From Eledone cirrhosa (taxonomy: Eukaryota): a stretch of 64,000 bases of DNA. Of the stretch, positions 25,149 to 37,067 are shown piece after piece (the first letter of the stretch is position 1; every line of letters starts with the position of its first letter). The stretch spans positions 256,246,001-256,310,000 of the forward strand of contig OZ024740.1 in assembly GCA_964016885.1 (NCBI GenBank), given 5' to 3'. The position numbers and the translations under genes were made by a program. Below the pieces are notes generated by a model. The model had not been told where the DNA came from and made no database searches. It was given only the letters and a program-made list of their open reading frames with translations.

Positions 25149-26517
25149 GTAAGGATCAGCTTCTGGTTAACAAAATGATACTGGAAGATTGTCATAATAG
25201 ACACAAAAATCTATCGATTGCTTGGATAGATTATAAAAAAGCATTCGATAGTTTGCCACACAGTTGGATTGAAAAATGTTTAGAGATTTTCAAAATATCC
25301 CCCGTTGTCAGGAGGTTTTTGTCATTCAGTATGAAGACATGGAAAACGACACTCCTTTTGAATAGTGAAACAAAATCACTGGAAGCTGGAGAAGTTAATA
25401 TTAATTGTGGAATTTTTCAGGGTGACTCTTTATCACCGCTTTTATTCTGCATCGCACTTATACCATTAAGTAAAATGCTCAATGAAACAAAACATGGATA
25501 TAAAGTCTATGACAAAACCATTAATCACTTGTTCTACATCGATGACCTGAAACTATTTGCAAAAAATGATGAACAATTGCAAGGGCTATTATCCACTGTG
25601 GGGCAGTTCAGTGATGACATTAAAATGGAGTTTGGACTAGATAAATGCGCCAAAGCAACGTTCACCAGAGGAAAGCTGCTGAAGAGTTCAGACATTAATC
25701 TTGATCGGGGGAACGTGATAAGACAACTTGATCAAGAAAAAACTTACAAATATCTAGGTGTTTGTGAAGGAGACGGAATCAAGCACTCGACAATGAGGGA
25801 AAGGATAAGGAAGGAATGTTACCGCAGAGTAAGAGCAATCTTAAGAACGGAATTGAATGCAAGGAATAGGATCGATGCCATAAACACGCTTGCCATACCA
25901 GTAGTAACCTACAGTTACAATGTCATCAACTGGTCAAGCACAGAGATCCGTAGGCTCGATACAAAAATTCGAAAACTCTTAACCATGCACAGAATGCATC
26001 ACCCTAAATCAGATATAGATAGAATATATCTCCCTAGGAAAGAAGGAGGACGTGGGTTAATCCAGTTAGACATTGCGTTGAAAACTGCAACAATTGGATT
26101 ATCTACATATCTAAGGGAATCACATGATTGGATGATCAAACTCGTTTTGAAACACGAAAGCATCAAAAGATCATATTCCATTACAAAAGATGCACAAAGA
26201 TACAGTAATGGACTACAAATTTCAGAAGTCCCATTTACTGCTGAAATGGAAAACACAGAAAAAGCAAAGCAGGTAAAAGTAACTGCAAAGAAAGAACTGC
26301 TACAGAAACTGGCTAAGAAATGGCAAGAAAAGCCTCTGTATGGAAAATACCCAGAGCGAGCTAACAATCCTGATGTTGACAAAACCTTAACCCACTAAAG
26401 CTGCATGTGTGAGTATGTATGTTCTTTCGTGAACATGGCGGACCTTGTTGTCTCTTGATGTCACTGGTTGTGACTTGGTGATAACTCGTATGAACATAAA
26501 GCAAGATAAATGCAACT

Positions 26518-26519
<2 letters not shown>
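25149..26519 (+). mobile_element. R4/Dong LINE, 5'-truncated, endonuclease deleted
   Basis: Flanked by (AAT)n; after DVDKTLTH the sequence jumps directly to the 3'UTR. Confidence 0.9.
25175..26398 (+). CDS. R4/Dong reverse transcriptase fragment (407 aa open)
   Basis: WIDYKKAFDS, GIFQGDSLSP, HLFYIDDLK, YKYLG, RLYLPRKEGGRG-type motif. Confidence 0.85.
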   Translation: MILEDCHNRHKNLSIAWIDYKKAFDSLPHSWIEKCLEIFKISPVVRRFLSFSMKTWKTTLLLNSETKSLEAGEVNINCGIFQGDSLSPLLFCIALIPLSKMLNETKHGYKVYDKTINHLFYIDDLKLFAKNDEQLQGLLSTVGQFSDDIKMEFGLDKCAKATFTRGKLLKSSDINLDRGNVIRQLDQEKTYKYLGVCEGDGIKHSTMRERIRKECYRRVRAILRTELNARNRIDAINTLAIPVVTYSYNVINWSSTEIRRLDTKIRKLLTMHRMHHPKSDIDRIYLPRKEGGRGLIQLDIALKTATIGLSTYLRESHDWMIKLVLKHESIKRSYSITKDAQRYSNGLQISEVPFTAEMENTEKAKQVKVTAKKELLQKLAKKWQEKPLYGKYPERANNPDVDKTLTH

Positions 26520-26574
<55 letters not shown>

Positions 26575-26577
<3 letters not shown>

Positions 26578-27591
26578 TCACTGGAAGCTGGAGAACTTAA
26601 TATTAATTGTGGAATTTTTCAGGGTGACTCTTTATCACCGCTTTTATTCTGCATCACACTTATACCATTAAGTAAAAAATGCTCAATGAAACAAAACATC
26701 TGTATGGAAAATACCCAGAAAGAGCTAACAATCCTGATGTTGACAAAACTTTAACCCATCAGTGGTTGGTATCCTCTGGACTGAAATCGGAGACTGAAGG
26801 ACTGATTATATCAGCACAAGATCAGTATCTGCCAACAAAAAATTACCAAGCCAACATAATAAAAAATGGATGCAACCCATTATGCCGCGTATGTAAAAAA
26901 CAACCAGAGACCATTCATCATATAATTTCAATGTGCAGTTCTATAGCTTCAACCGAATACCTAAACAGGCACGACAGAACTGCACAATACATACATTAGA
27001 TAATGTGTAAGCATTTTGACCTGCCCCATCAAAAGAATTGGTGGGAGCATCAACCCCCCTCCCATACTTGAAAAAGATCACATCTCAATCTTGTGGAACT
27101 TTAGCATCCAAACAGAAAGAAAAATAGATGCAAATAGACCTGATATAATACTGAAGGACTTTAAAAAGAGGGTATGCCTGCTAATTGATATGTCTGTTCC
27201 AATAGACAAGAATGTATCTATAAAAACATTTGAAAAATTGAGCAAGTATAAGGACCTAGAGATAGAAATTGGAAAAATGTGGGAACTGAGAACTAAAACA
27301 ATACCAGTGGTTGTAGGCGCTCTAGGAATGATACCTAAGGGGTCTAATGATTACTTATCGCAAATCCCAGGAAACCCGCGTATAGGAGAAATACAAAAGA
27401 TAGTACTAATTGGAACTGCCCATATACTAAGGAAGATTCTGTCAATATAAGTACATCACAAGTCTAAACACCTAAAGATGCATGTGTGTGTATGTATGTT
27501 CTTTCTTGAACATGGCGGAACTTGTCTCTTGAGGTCACTGGTTGTGACTTGGTGAAAAATAGTATGAACATAAAGCAAAATAAATGCAACT

Positions 27592-27592
<1 letters not shown>
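26575..27592 (+). mobile_element. R4/Dong LINE of the same family, RT core deleted, endonuclease retained
   Basis: CRVC..ETIHHI..C knuckle, RHD, ANRPDI, EKLSKY, PVVVGALG; same 3'UTR; (AAT)n tail. Confidence 0.9.
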
Positions 27593-27628
<36 letters not shown>

Positions 27629-27926
27629 TTTTATTTATTGGGCACAAGGGCCGACATATAGGGGACAATACAAAAGACTGGAACAGTGGGGTTTAATAGA
27701 AAAATCGAGTAAACAATATGAATAACAATAACAAAGTAACAATATGAATAACAATAACAAAGTAACAATAAGAAAGTAACAATAAAGTAACTATAAAATT
27801 ACAAGACAAAATTCCCCAATAGGGGGGATGACCACCCAGTGTTCGCTCAGGTATCCCACCAATCCTGAACGACCCGTCGCTTCGAGAGCACCTTGGAACG
27901 GCACCTCTCTCCTCAAATTTACCTAC

Positions 27927-30900
27927 CTACAGCCGCATTACCAGAGTAGGCCCACTCACACGGGCCATTCTCGCCACATTCACCCACCTTTCAGCAAATG
28001 TACTGGGGGGCAGCACTTCTCTCTCCACCCTCACCTTCCTTTCCAAGTGGAACTTGAAAAAGTCGATGAGGGATTGGCCGAAGAGAAAAGTGTCTGTCTT
28101 CAGTCCTTTCAACCTCGTCCACCATACAACCTCTTTCGCTACTGCCACCAGACAGAGGAAAATTGCCTGCCCTTCCTGGCCAAAAGATGGCGGCGGGTCG
28201 ATCTTTACTATGGACTCGGCCGATAGCCGGATCCATTCTACACGCGACAACAGCTGTTCAACATGACTCCACAAGTCAGTAATGCACGGACACTGGACGA
28301 GTGCGTGCAGAACGGTTTCGTCGCTCTGCGCGCATCTCGGGCAGGTCCGTCTGACAGCGCTTCCGTGCCTGTAGTGTATTTCTCGAACTGGCAGTGTCCC
28401 CCGGTAGCACTGCCAAGCGAGGGATTTTTGGAAATTATCCATCGTCCCCGTCTCGAAAGTCCTCCGGTACAGACTGGTTAGTTCGACTTCGTTGACTCCC
28501 AGAGCCTCTCCGAGTGCGTCGTCGCACTTGCCCACCACTAATCCTCTATAGAACTCGAGAGTGGAAGTTCTACTGACAGCATTGCCCGCCTGGTAGAGGG
28601 CAGTGAGTGCCTGGCAACATTCCAGATGCCAGTCACCCAGTCTCGGTCTCTTCTTGACCCAGGATTGCAGCTCAGTCAAAGAAACGAGCTGCGGAAAGGC
28701 CCATCTGACAAACGGCGACCACACCTGTTCATCGTTTAGGCAGAATATCTGGAGATGCCGTGCTTCAGCGCGTGCCTGCGTATCATTAGCCACGGCATGC
28801 CCAGCCCTCCACGTAGAGGGTGCTGGCAGCAGATGGACCTCCTCACCGGCGGAACCTGACCCCTGCACAAGAATTTGAAGAGGAGCCGCTCCAAGATGGC
28901 GAGCCGCGAACGGGAGAAAGAGACGACGGTCAGACGGTAGTAGATGACGGATGCGATGTACGCGTTCGCCACCTTCGCCCGACCTTTCAGTGATAGCTTT
29001 ATCCCAGCCCATTTCTGTGTGAGACATTTCTGGGTGACACGGCCCGTCACCTCGTGCCAATTCTTATCCACCTGGAGGTCTGGCCTGAACCAAACCCCTA
29101 GCAACTTTACCGGTCCGTCCGTCCAGCACCTTGCGACGCTGTTGGACGGCATGGACTTGCCTCTCCAGGTGCCGAGTTCCAAGCCCACCGACTTTTCCGG
29201 GTTAAGTTTTGCTCCCGTCAACCTTTCATATTCCTCCAATAAGTTGCCGACCACCTCGATTTCTGAGGTGTCCGACACCATCACGGTGATGTCGTCCGCA
29301 TAAGCCGACACAGCCTTTCCGCGTTCCGGTTCGAGCAGGATGTCCTGCAACAGCTCCAGCTTCCGCAGTAAAGGCTCGAGAGTCAATACATACAGAAGGG
29401 AGGAGAGAGGGCACCCTTGACGGACCGATCGGGAGACCTGAAACGGTTCCGAGAGGTGGCCATTAATTTTGACCATCGAGCGTGTGCCACTGTGCATTGC
29501 AGCGATCCAGCTTCTGAAGACGGGGCCGAAGCCAATCGCATTGAGGACAGCCTCCAGGAACCGATGGTCGACTCTATCGAATGCTTTCGATTGATCTAAA
29601 TTGATCAGAGCCCCACCGAAGCCAGGTTTACACTCTACCCTCTCTATGATGTATCGCATGACGTTGTCGTGTATGGACCTGGTTGGGATTGCGCAAGTTT
29701 GCGCCTCCCCAACCAAATCCCCTACGACAAGCGCCAACCTCTTCGCTAACACCCAGGCCAAAATCTTAAACTCTGTGTTGATCAGAGTTATGGGCCTGAA
29801 ATTGTCTAATGTGTCCCTCTTGTTCTCGTCTTTCCTTATCAGCGTCACTACGTCACAGAACTGGGAATACTCCCGTTTTGCTGCCAGTTGCAGTAGAGGG
29901 CTTCGAGGAGATTGGAGAACAAGTCTGGCATATTTACGTAAAGCTCGTAGGGAAGACCATCCAAACCGCGTGACTTGCGCCTCATGCAGCCGACAAGGGC
30001 ATCCTGAATCTCGGCTGAGGTAATTGGCCTTTCGCAGCGCCCAGCGTCAGCCGTCGAGAGTTGCGGCAAGCCATCGAGGTAGGGACTGAAGTCCGCCACC
30101 ATCTCTGACTCGCCGCTTCCCCCGAACAACCGAGCAAAATGTTGGCGAAAGGCCTCACACATCCGCTTGGAATCGCTCAGCTCTTGTCCGTCTCGGTCCG
30201 TCAAAGACCGAATCGTGGTTTTATTACCACGCTGCGGATCTGCCACGCGGGCCCATCGAACAGCTTTGGTTCCTTCGTTTCTCAGAGCACGCACCTTAGC
30301 TGTAACAATGCAACCTTCGTGTTTCGCATTGAAAAAATGGTCTAATGCCATTCTCGCCGCTAGCACGTCAGTTGCAATGCCACTACCAATAGCCTCGTCT
30401 AACTTATCTACCAACTCCCCCTCCTTTCTATTTTTCTCTAACGCTACTTCTTTGCTAAACTCTATCGACATTACTCTAATCTCTCTTTAGAGAGACTCCC
30501 AACCATCTATTGTTGACGACTCCCCCTGTCAACTTTTTCTTAACTAAATTGTTGTCCTGTAAGCCTTACGCGCCGGAAATGACATGTTTAGCTTCCAGTA
30601 ACCAGGTCCTAACCTACGCGTCTTATCCAGGTCGACCATACAGATGACAAACTTGTTATCTTAATAGGCGACTGTTTCAAAACGTGGACAGCTTGCACTA
30701 TTTCTGTCTATTTTACTAATGAATATCCTGTCTATATACGATCTAGATGACCCTATGCGGTTAGCCCAGGTCCACACTGGCGCATTAGGGAAATCTAATC
30801 GGTACCTGTCAGACAGTTGGAACTGGCTGATCAAGTTCTTGAGGCTTTTGCACCCCCAGGTCCTATCGGCTACTCCCGCGCAGTCCCAGCGTGCGTCTAA

Positions 30901-31335
30901 AATTCCGTTCCAGTTCCCCGCTAACAGTAAAGGGCGAGACGTGCACAGAAAGGCTTCCAGGCGTCTAAAGAAGTCCGGCCGTTCCGCCCCAGTAGGAGCA
31001 TAGACGGCCACCAGTCTAAAGGCACCACCTTCTTTATTGTTCTCGTCCAGGACCACCAACTTCCCGTCCAGGTCCCGGAAGATCGACCTTACCTCGAGAT
31101 CCAGGCCTTTTCTAAACAGCACTGCTACCCCGCCTCCCATTTCCGGCCGGCTAACAGATGCAAAGGTCTGATAGTCGTCGAAAATGGCTGCTAGTGCGCG
31201 CGTGTCGGAAATCCTGGTCTTGCTGACGGCAATTACATCCATTTCTAGAGACCTGAGGTCATTGAGCAGGTGACCCTTCTTCCAGGACGATCCCAGGCCT
31301 CAAACATTTAAACATCCTACTCTTAATACGGCCAT
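27927..31335 (-). pseudogene. Tx1 ORF2 (APE endonuclease, RT, CCHC), frameshifted
   Basis: VYAP, GNWN, SYIDRI, NFRPITL, LDQSKAFDRV, VRQGCPLS, AYADD, CPRC...H...C. Confidence 0.95.
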
Positions 31336-31371
31336 GTTGGCAGGTTAAACAGAGTGAGTGAGAGGAAAGGT

Positions 31372-32830
31372 TTACTTACCTCCGGGCTCTTGTGAAGGTC
31401 GGGTTGTTCGACCTCCATAGTTGGTGGGGTTTCTTTTGGGAACCCCTTTAAAAATCTTGAAGTTGGTTTTGCATTCGGAGTTCCCATGTCCCGAGAAAAG
31501 CTGTCTCGTATTTCTGTCTCTGTTTCTGTTGCTGCAGTTGCCACCACTGGTTTTGTTGTCCGTGGCTTTGGTACGGGTGCCACGGACGTAGTCCGCCTAC
31601 TCTTTGTAGAAGCTCCCGAATTTTCCGCTGACTGCTCTGTTTCTGATGGATGCGGTTCCTGCGTTGGAAGGAGGAGGACCTTGGCCTTTGTTATTTTCTG
31701 TAGACAGAAAGCCCTGAGGTGAGACTTCGATCCACATTTGAAGCACTTGGGCGCCCTCCTTCCACACATATGGGAAGTTGGGAGGCATTCCTGAGGTTTA
31801 TTACGTCGGGAAGAGCGCTGATGCAGTCTTGGTTGGTTTGGATGAGCATCTCCATTCCAAAACCGGACCAGTCCTCTCTCCCCAACTTCTGTACCTGCAG
31901 AATGGTTGTTCTATCCTCGATACCCGCAAGAACAGACACAACGAGCCAAGGCACGGGTACTTAGGGCGGGACGTGGGTTACCCTGACCTTTGCAATTTTT
32001 TTCCCGCAGTAAAACGGGACTAACGTTATGTCATCACTTCGTAGGGTCCTCAGTGCGTGCGATTTTGCTTCCTGGGTGGTAGCAAATAGAATGTCCACAG
32101 TAGCATATTTCTTCTCACGAGTGATGTGGGTTTTCCGTGCCCACACAGTTCCCAAGGCCTTCTTGTCATGGGCCTCCGAGGCTTTCTCCACACGACGCGA
32201 TTTCGTGGCAATCGTGTGGTATGACACTGTGCGTCGCTCTTGTTCATCCAGGAAGTCGGTTGGTGGTTTCAAGGACACTGAAAATTCAGTTCTGGTTACC
32301 ATGTGTCTTGCGACCGCCATCTCTTCCTCTGTGACCAGGACTGTTTCTACGTTGCGAGCCACCTTTTCAAAAGAGATGGTCCCCTTTTCAGTGGCATCAT
32401 TATTGCTGCCGCAACTGGTCTTGCTGTTGGTGCTGTTGCTGTTGCTACAAATGGTGTTGTTGCTATTTGTTTTCATGTTGGTTCTGCTTTTGCTGCCGCC
32501 GTTGTTGTTGTTCTCGGTGCAGTTTGTATTGTTGCTCTTGGTGTTGTCGCTATTTGTTTTCATGTTGGTGGTGTTAATATTGTTGTTGCATTTGTTGTCA
32601 TTTTTTTCTGTTGTCTGTATTTTGGTTGTCGCTGTTATTGCTGTGGTTGGTGTGGTTATTTTTTTTTTAAAGTCAGTGTCCTCAGTGTTGTTGTCATTGC
32701 TGTCTTTGTCCACGTTGTTTGTGGTGGTGTTTGTTGTATCAATTTCTGTGTTCGTCGTAACCCTCCTCTCAACTTTTACGTCGTTGTCACACGACAGCAG
32801 ACATATCGCTGGGGGGCGTGGCTCAGCCAT
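31372..32830 (-). pseudogene. Tx1 ORF1 (gag-like, CX2CX4HX4C), frameshifted with deletion
   Basis: Asn/Thr-rich N-terminus; CFKCGSKSHLRAFC. Confidence 0.9.
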
Positions 32831-33296
32831 GTTTTTTTAACATAATTTTGAAATGTAAAACGTTCAAATATTTGGGCCAAAAGGTCCAAATATTATACTT
32901 TCCCCTTCACAGGGCAAAGCCCAAGGGCTTATGTCCCTTATACGACAACAAAAATTTACAATAAATGATTTATGACAAGTAAATAAAGAAACTTACGGAA
33001 GTGAGCAAAAAGGCGTCCGATCAGACCAACAATAATAATAATAATAATAATAATGTTTTCTTTATTAACCACAAGGGTTTAAATAAAGTAGACATTAAGG
33101 ACAGTACAGGACAATACAGGACGGTACAAATGGGCATTTCTGCGTGTAAAAAACAGAGGATGTAAAAAAATAACAAAGAAAAATTCCCCAATAGGGGGGA
33201 GACTTCCGAGGTACATTTGTGGAGAAAGCCCATTAAAAGACCACAGTGACCCTGACCACCAGGGCAAGTGCCCTCTCCCAGTTTTCCACCTTTAAT

Positions 33297-36200
33297 TTAC
33301 AGACACATACTCAGAGAAGGCCCATTCATTCGGGCCATACTTGCTTCTCTCACCCATCTTTCAACAAAATGCTGGGAAGAGAGCACTTCCCTCTCTACCC
33401 TGATTTTCCTTTTCAAATGAAATTTGAAAAAATTAATCAGGGCATCACCGAAGAGGTAAGTGCTCGTCTTCAGCCCTTTCAAACGTGTCCACCATACTAT
33501 CTCTTTCGCCATGGCCACCAGACAGATAAAAACTGCCTGCCCTTCCCGGGTAAACGAAGAGGGCGGGGCAATCCTCACGATGGACTCAGCTGATAGCTGG
33601 ATCCGTCCTACACGTGACAGCAGGTGTTCGACATAAACCCACAAGTCAGTAATGCTCGGACACTGGATGAGTGCGTGAAGGGCGGTTTCGTCGCCCTGCG
33701 CGCATCTCTGACATGCCCGGCTGACGGCACCTCCATGGCTGTAGAGTTTATCCCGAACTGGCAAAGCACCCCGGTAGCACTGCTAGGCCAGGGATTTCTG
33801 GAAGTTGTCCATAGGCCCCGACCCGAAAGTCCTTCCGAAGAGATTGGCTAGTTGATTTTCGTCGACGCCTAGAGTTTCTCCAAGTACGTCGTCGCTCTTC
33901 CCCTCCGCTAATCATCTATAGAACGCCAAGGTGGAGTTTCCACCGATCACATTGCCCGATTGGTCGACGGCTGTGAGCGCCTGAAGACATTCCAGTCTCC
34001 AAGCACTCCCTCTCAGTCTTTGCTTGACCCAGGACTGCAGCTCCGTCAAGGAGACGAGCTGGGGAAAGACGCGTCTAGCAAGCGGCGACCACACCTGATC
34101 ACCGTCGAGGAAGAGGTGGAGATGTCGTAGCCTGAGCGCGTGTCTGCGCATCATCAGCCACGGCATGCCCAGCCCTCCACGTAGCGGGTGTTGACAGCAG
34201 ATGGACCGCCTGACCATCGGAGCGCGTCCCTTCCACAAAAAGCGAATGAGCAAACGCTCCAGCGCAGTCAGGCACGGCTTAGGACAAGGTACGAAGGTCA
34301 GGCGGTAGTAGATGACGGACGCGATGTACACGTTAGCCACCTCCGCTCGACCTTTCAGGGATAGCTTCCTCTCCGCCCATTTCTGGGTGAGAGAAGCCAC
34401 CCTGCTCGTCACCTCGTCCCAGTTTTTGTCCGTCTGGAAGTCTGGACCGGACCAGACCCAGTAGCAATTTAACCGGTCCGTCCGTCCAGCGCCCGACAAC
34501 GCTGTTGGATGGCATGGACCTGCCTCACCAGGTGCCGAGCTGCAGGCCCACTGACTTTTCCTGGTTGATCATTGCTCCTGTCACCGCCTCGTATTCTCTT
34601 AGTGTCGTGCCGATCGCCTCGATGTGTTTGGCGTTCGACACCACTACGGTGAGATCGTCCGCATATGCTGACACGGATCTTCCGCATCCTAGTTCGTGCG
34701 GGACCCCCCTCAACGTCTCCATTTTGTGCAGTAATTGCTCGAGAGTCAATACGTACAAGAGGGACGAGAGGCGACAACCCTGGCGGACCGAGCGCATGAT
34801 GCTGAACGGCTGCGACAGGTGACAGTTCACCCTCACAACTGAGCAGGTGTCGCTGTACATTGCTGCAATCCAACCCCTGAAAACGGGCCCGAAACCGGCT
34901 GCCTCGAGGACTGCCTCCAGGTACCGATGGTCGACCCTATCGAATGCTTTGGATTGATCCAAGTTGATCAGGGCCCCACCCTTGCCATGTTCCTTAACCA
35001 CCCTCTCTATGATGTATCGCATGAGGTGGAGGTTGTCGTGTATGGATCTTTCCGGAATGGCACATGTCTGCGCCTCTCCCACCAGACCCTTGACGACAAG
35101 CGCCAGCCTCGTTGCTAACACCTTGGCCAAAATCTTGAACTCTTTCTTTAGCAGGGTTATGGGCCTGAAATTATCGATAACATCCCCCTTTTTCGGGTTT
35201 TTTCTTAGCAGCGCCACTGCTCACCGTCTCACAAAACTGGGAATGCTCCCGTTCTGCTGCCAGTTGCAGTAGACGTCTGCCAAGAGGTCACCGAACAAGT
35301 CTGGCATAAATGCATAAAGCTCGTAGAGCAGACCATCTAAACCTGGCGATCTACCCCTTGTGCAGTTAGCTATCGCTTCCCGTATTTCACCGGCTGTTAT
35401 TGGCTTTTCACTGTGCTGCGGTCGTCGAGAGCGGAGGCAGTCCGTCGAGGTATGCACTGAAGTCCATGCCCCGATCGGGGCCGCCGCCGCTCCCGAACAG
35501 TTCAGCAAAGTGCTGCTGAAAAGCTTCACACATCCGCTCTTGTTCGAGCATCACGCACCCGTTTCGGTCAGACAAAGACCGAATTGTGGCTTTGTTGCCA
35601 CGTCGCGCCTCTGCCACCCAGGCCCATTGGACGGCTTTTGTCCCCTCGTGTTTCAGAGGACGCGCTCTAGCTCTGACAACGGAGCCTTCGTGTTTTGCGT
35701 TGAAGAATTGGTCGAGTGCCAATCTCGCCACAAGCATGTCGGTTGCGATGCCTGTCCTAAACGCCTCTTCTTGCTTTCTGACTAGCTCTCCCTCTACTCT
35801 ATTTTCCTCTATCACTACTCCTTTGCTAAACATAATCGACTCTACTTTAATTGCCCTTTTCACCTGTTGTTGACGTCCGCTCCCGTTAACGCCCGCTTAA
35901 CTAAAACGCTAATACCGTCTCTGTAGGCTTTGCGCGCCGGGAAAGTAACCAGGCCCTTGTCTATGAAGTCTGTCTATGTCGATCTCACAGATCACAAATT
36001 TGTGGTCTGTGTAGTCGACTATTTTAAATTGTGGACAACTTATACTAGCCTTATCTAGTTCTCTGCAGAATACGCTATCGAGATACGATCTGGATGACCC
36101 GATGCGGTTTGTCCATGTCCACATTGGCACATTTGGGTGATCCAGTCGATACCTGTCAGACAGTTCAAAACGTCTGAGCAGGTTGGTGAGGCTCTTGCAC

Positions 36201-36886
36201 CCTCCTCCTCTATCCACTATCCCTCACGATCCCAGCGTGCATCCAAGATACCGTTCCAGTCGCCCACTAACACTAAAGAGCGGGACGTTCCAAGAAAGGT
36301 CTCTAGACGTCTGAAGAAATCTGGCCGTCCTGCCCCTGTTGGGGCGTAGACGGCTACTAGCCTGAAAGCATTGCCTTCGCTGCCGGTCTCGTCCAGCACC
36401 ACCGACTTACCTTCTGGGTCCAGGAAGATGGCCCGTATCGCGAGATCCAAGCCTCTCCGAAAAATGACGGCAACCCCTCCCCCCGATCCTGGACGGCTGG
36501 AAGATGCGTATACATCGTAGCCGCCGAAGATCGGTGCGAAGGCCCGTGCTTCGGAGATTCTGGTTTCACTGACGTCCATCACATCTATGTTTAGTGACCT
36601 GAGGTCATTGAGCAGGTGACCCTGCTTCCAAGATGACCCCAGGCCACGTTATTTTATACTGCCTTAGGGCGGTGGATTGGCAGTATCGGTAGAGGGTTGG
36701 ACGCCATGCTTTCCAGCATAGTTACGTACCTTTACGATCTGAGTTCAAATCCCGCCGAGGTTGACTTTGCCTTTCATCCTTACGGGGTCGATAAAATAAA
36801 GTACCAGTAATGCACTGGGTATTTGCTGGCCTTGTGCCTAAAGTAGAAACAGTTATTTTATACTGCCTATTCTGAGTACAGCTATG
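33297..36886 (-). pseudogene. Tx1 ORF2, frameshifted and interrupted by a SINE
   Basis: VSETRI, GDWN, YLD, AYADD, CQRC...H...C. Confidence 0.95.
36666..36851 (+). mobile_element. Deu/Nin-core SINE, full length, 17-bp TSD
   Basis: TSD gttattttatactgcct at 36648-36664 and 36852-36868; A and B boxes intact. Confidence 0.95.
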
Positions 36887-37067
36887 TTGGATGAGAAACG
36901 GGGCAAGTGAGAAAGGGTCACTTACCTTGTTCGTGTGGTGAAGGGACAGTAGAACCGTCCCTTTCGCTGGTCATGGGTGTTTCCAAAAGGATGTCAGTGT
37001 ATATCCTCTTGGTAACCGACGCTCTGAAGTCTCCAACTGCGTTGGGGAATTTTTGTTTTAAAGGTTT

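Larger units (their letters stand above)
27627..33027 (-). mobile_element. Tx1-clade LINE copy 3, near full length (5.4 kb)
   Basis: 5'UTR, ORF1, ORF2 and AATAAA followed by (ATT)n; bracketed by (AAT)n. Confidence 0.95.

Noticed and set aside
36666-36760. tRNA gene
   Set aside because: A and B boxes belong to a SINE head; there is no cloverleaf, and the SINE core and tail follow.
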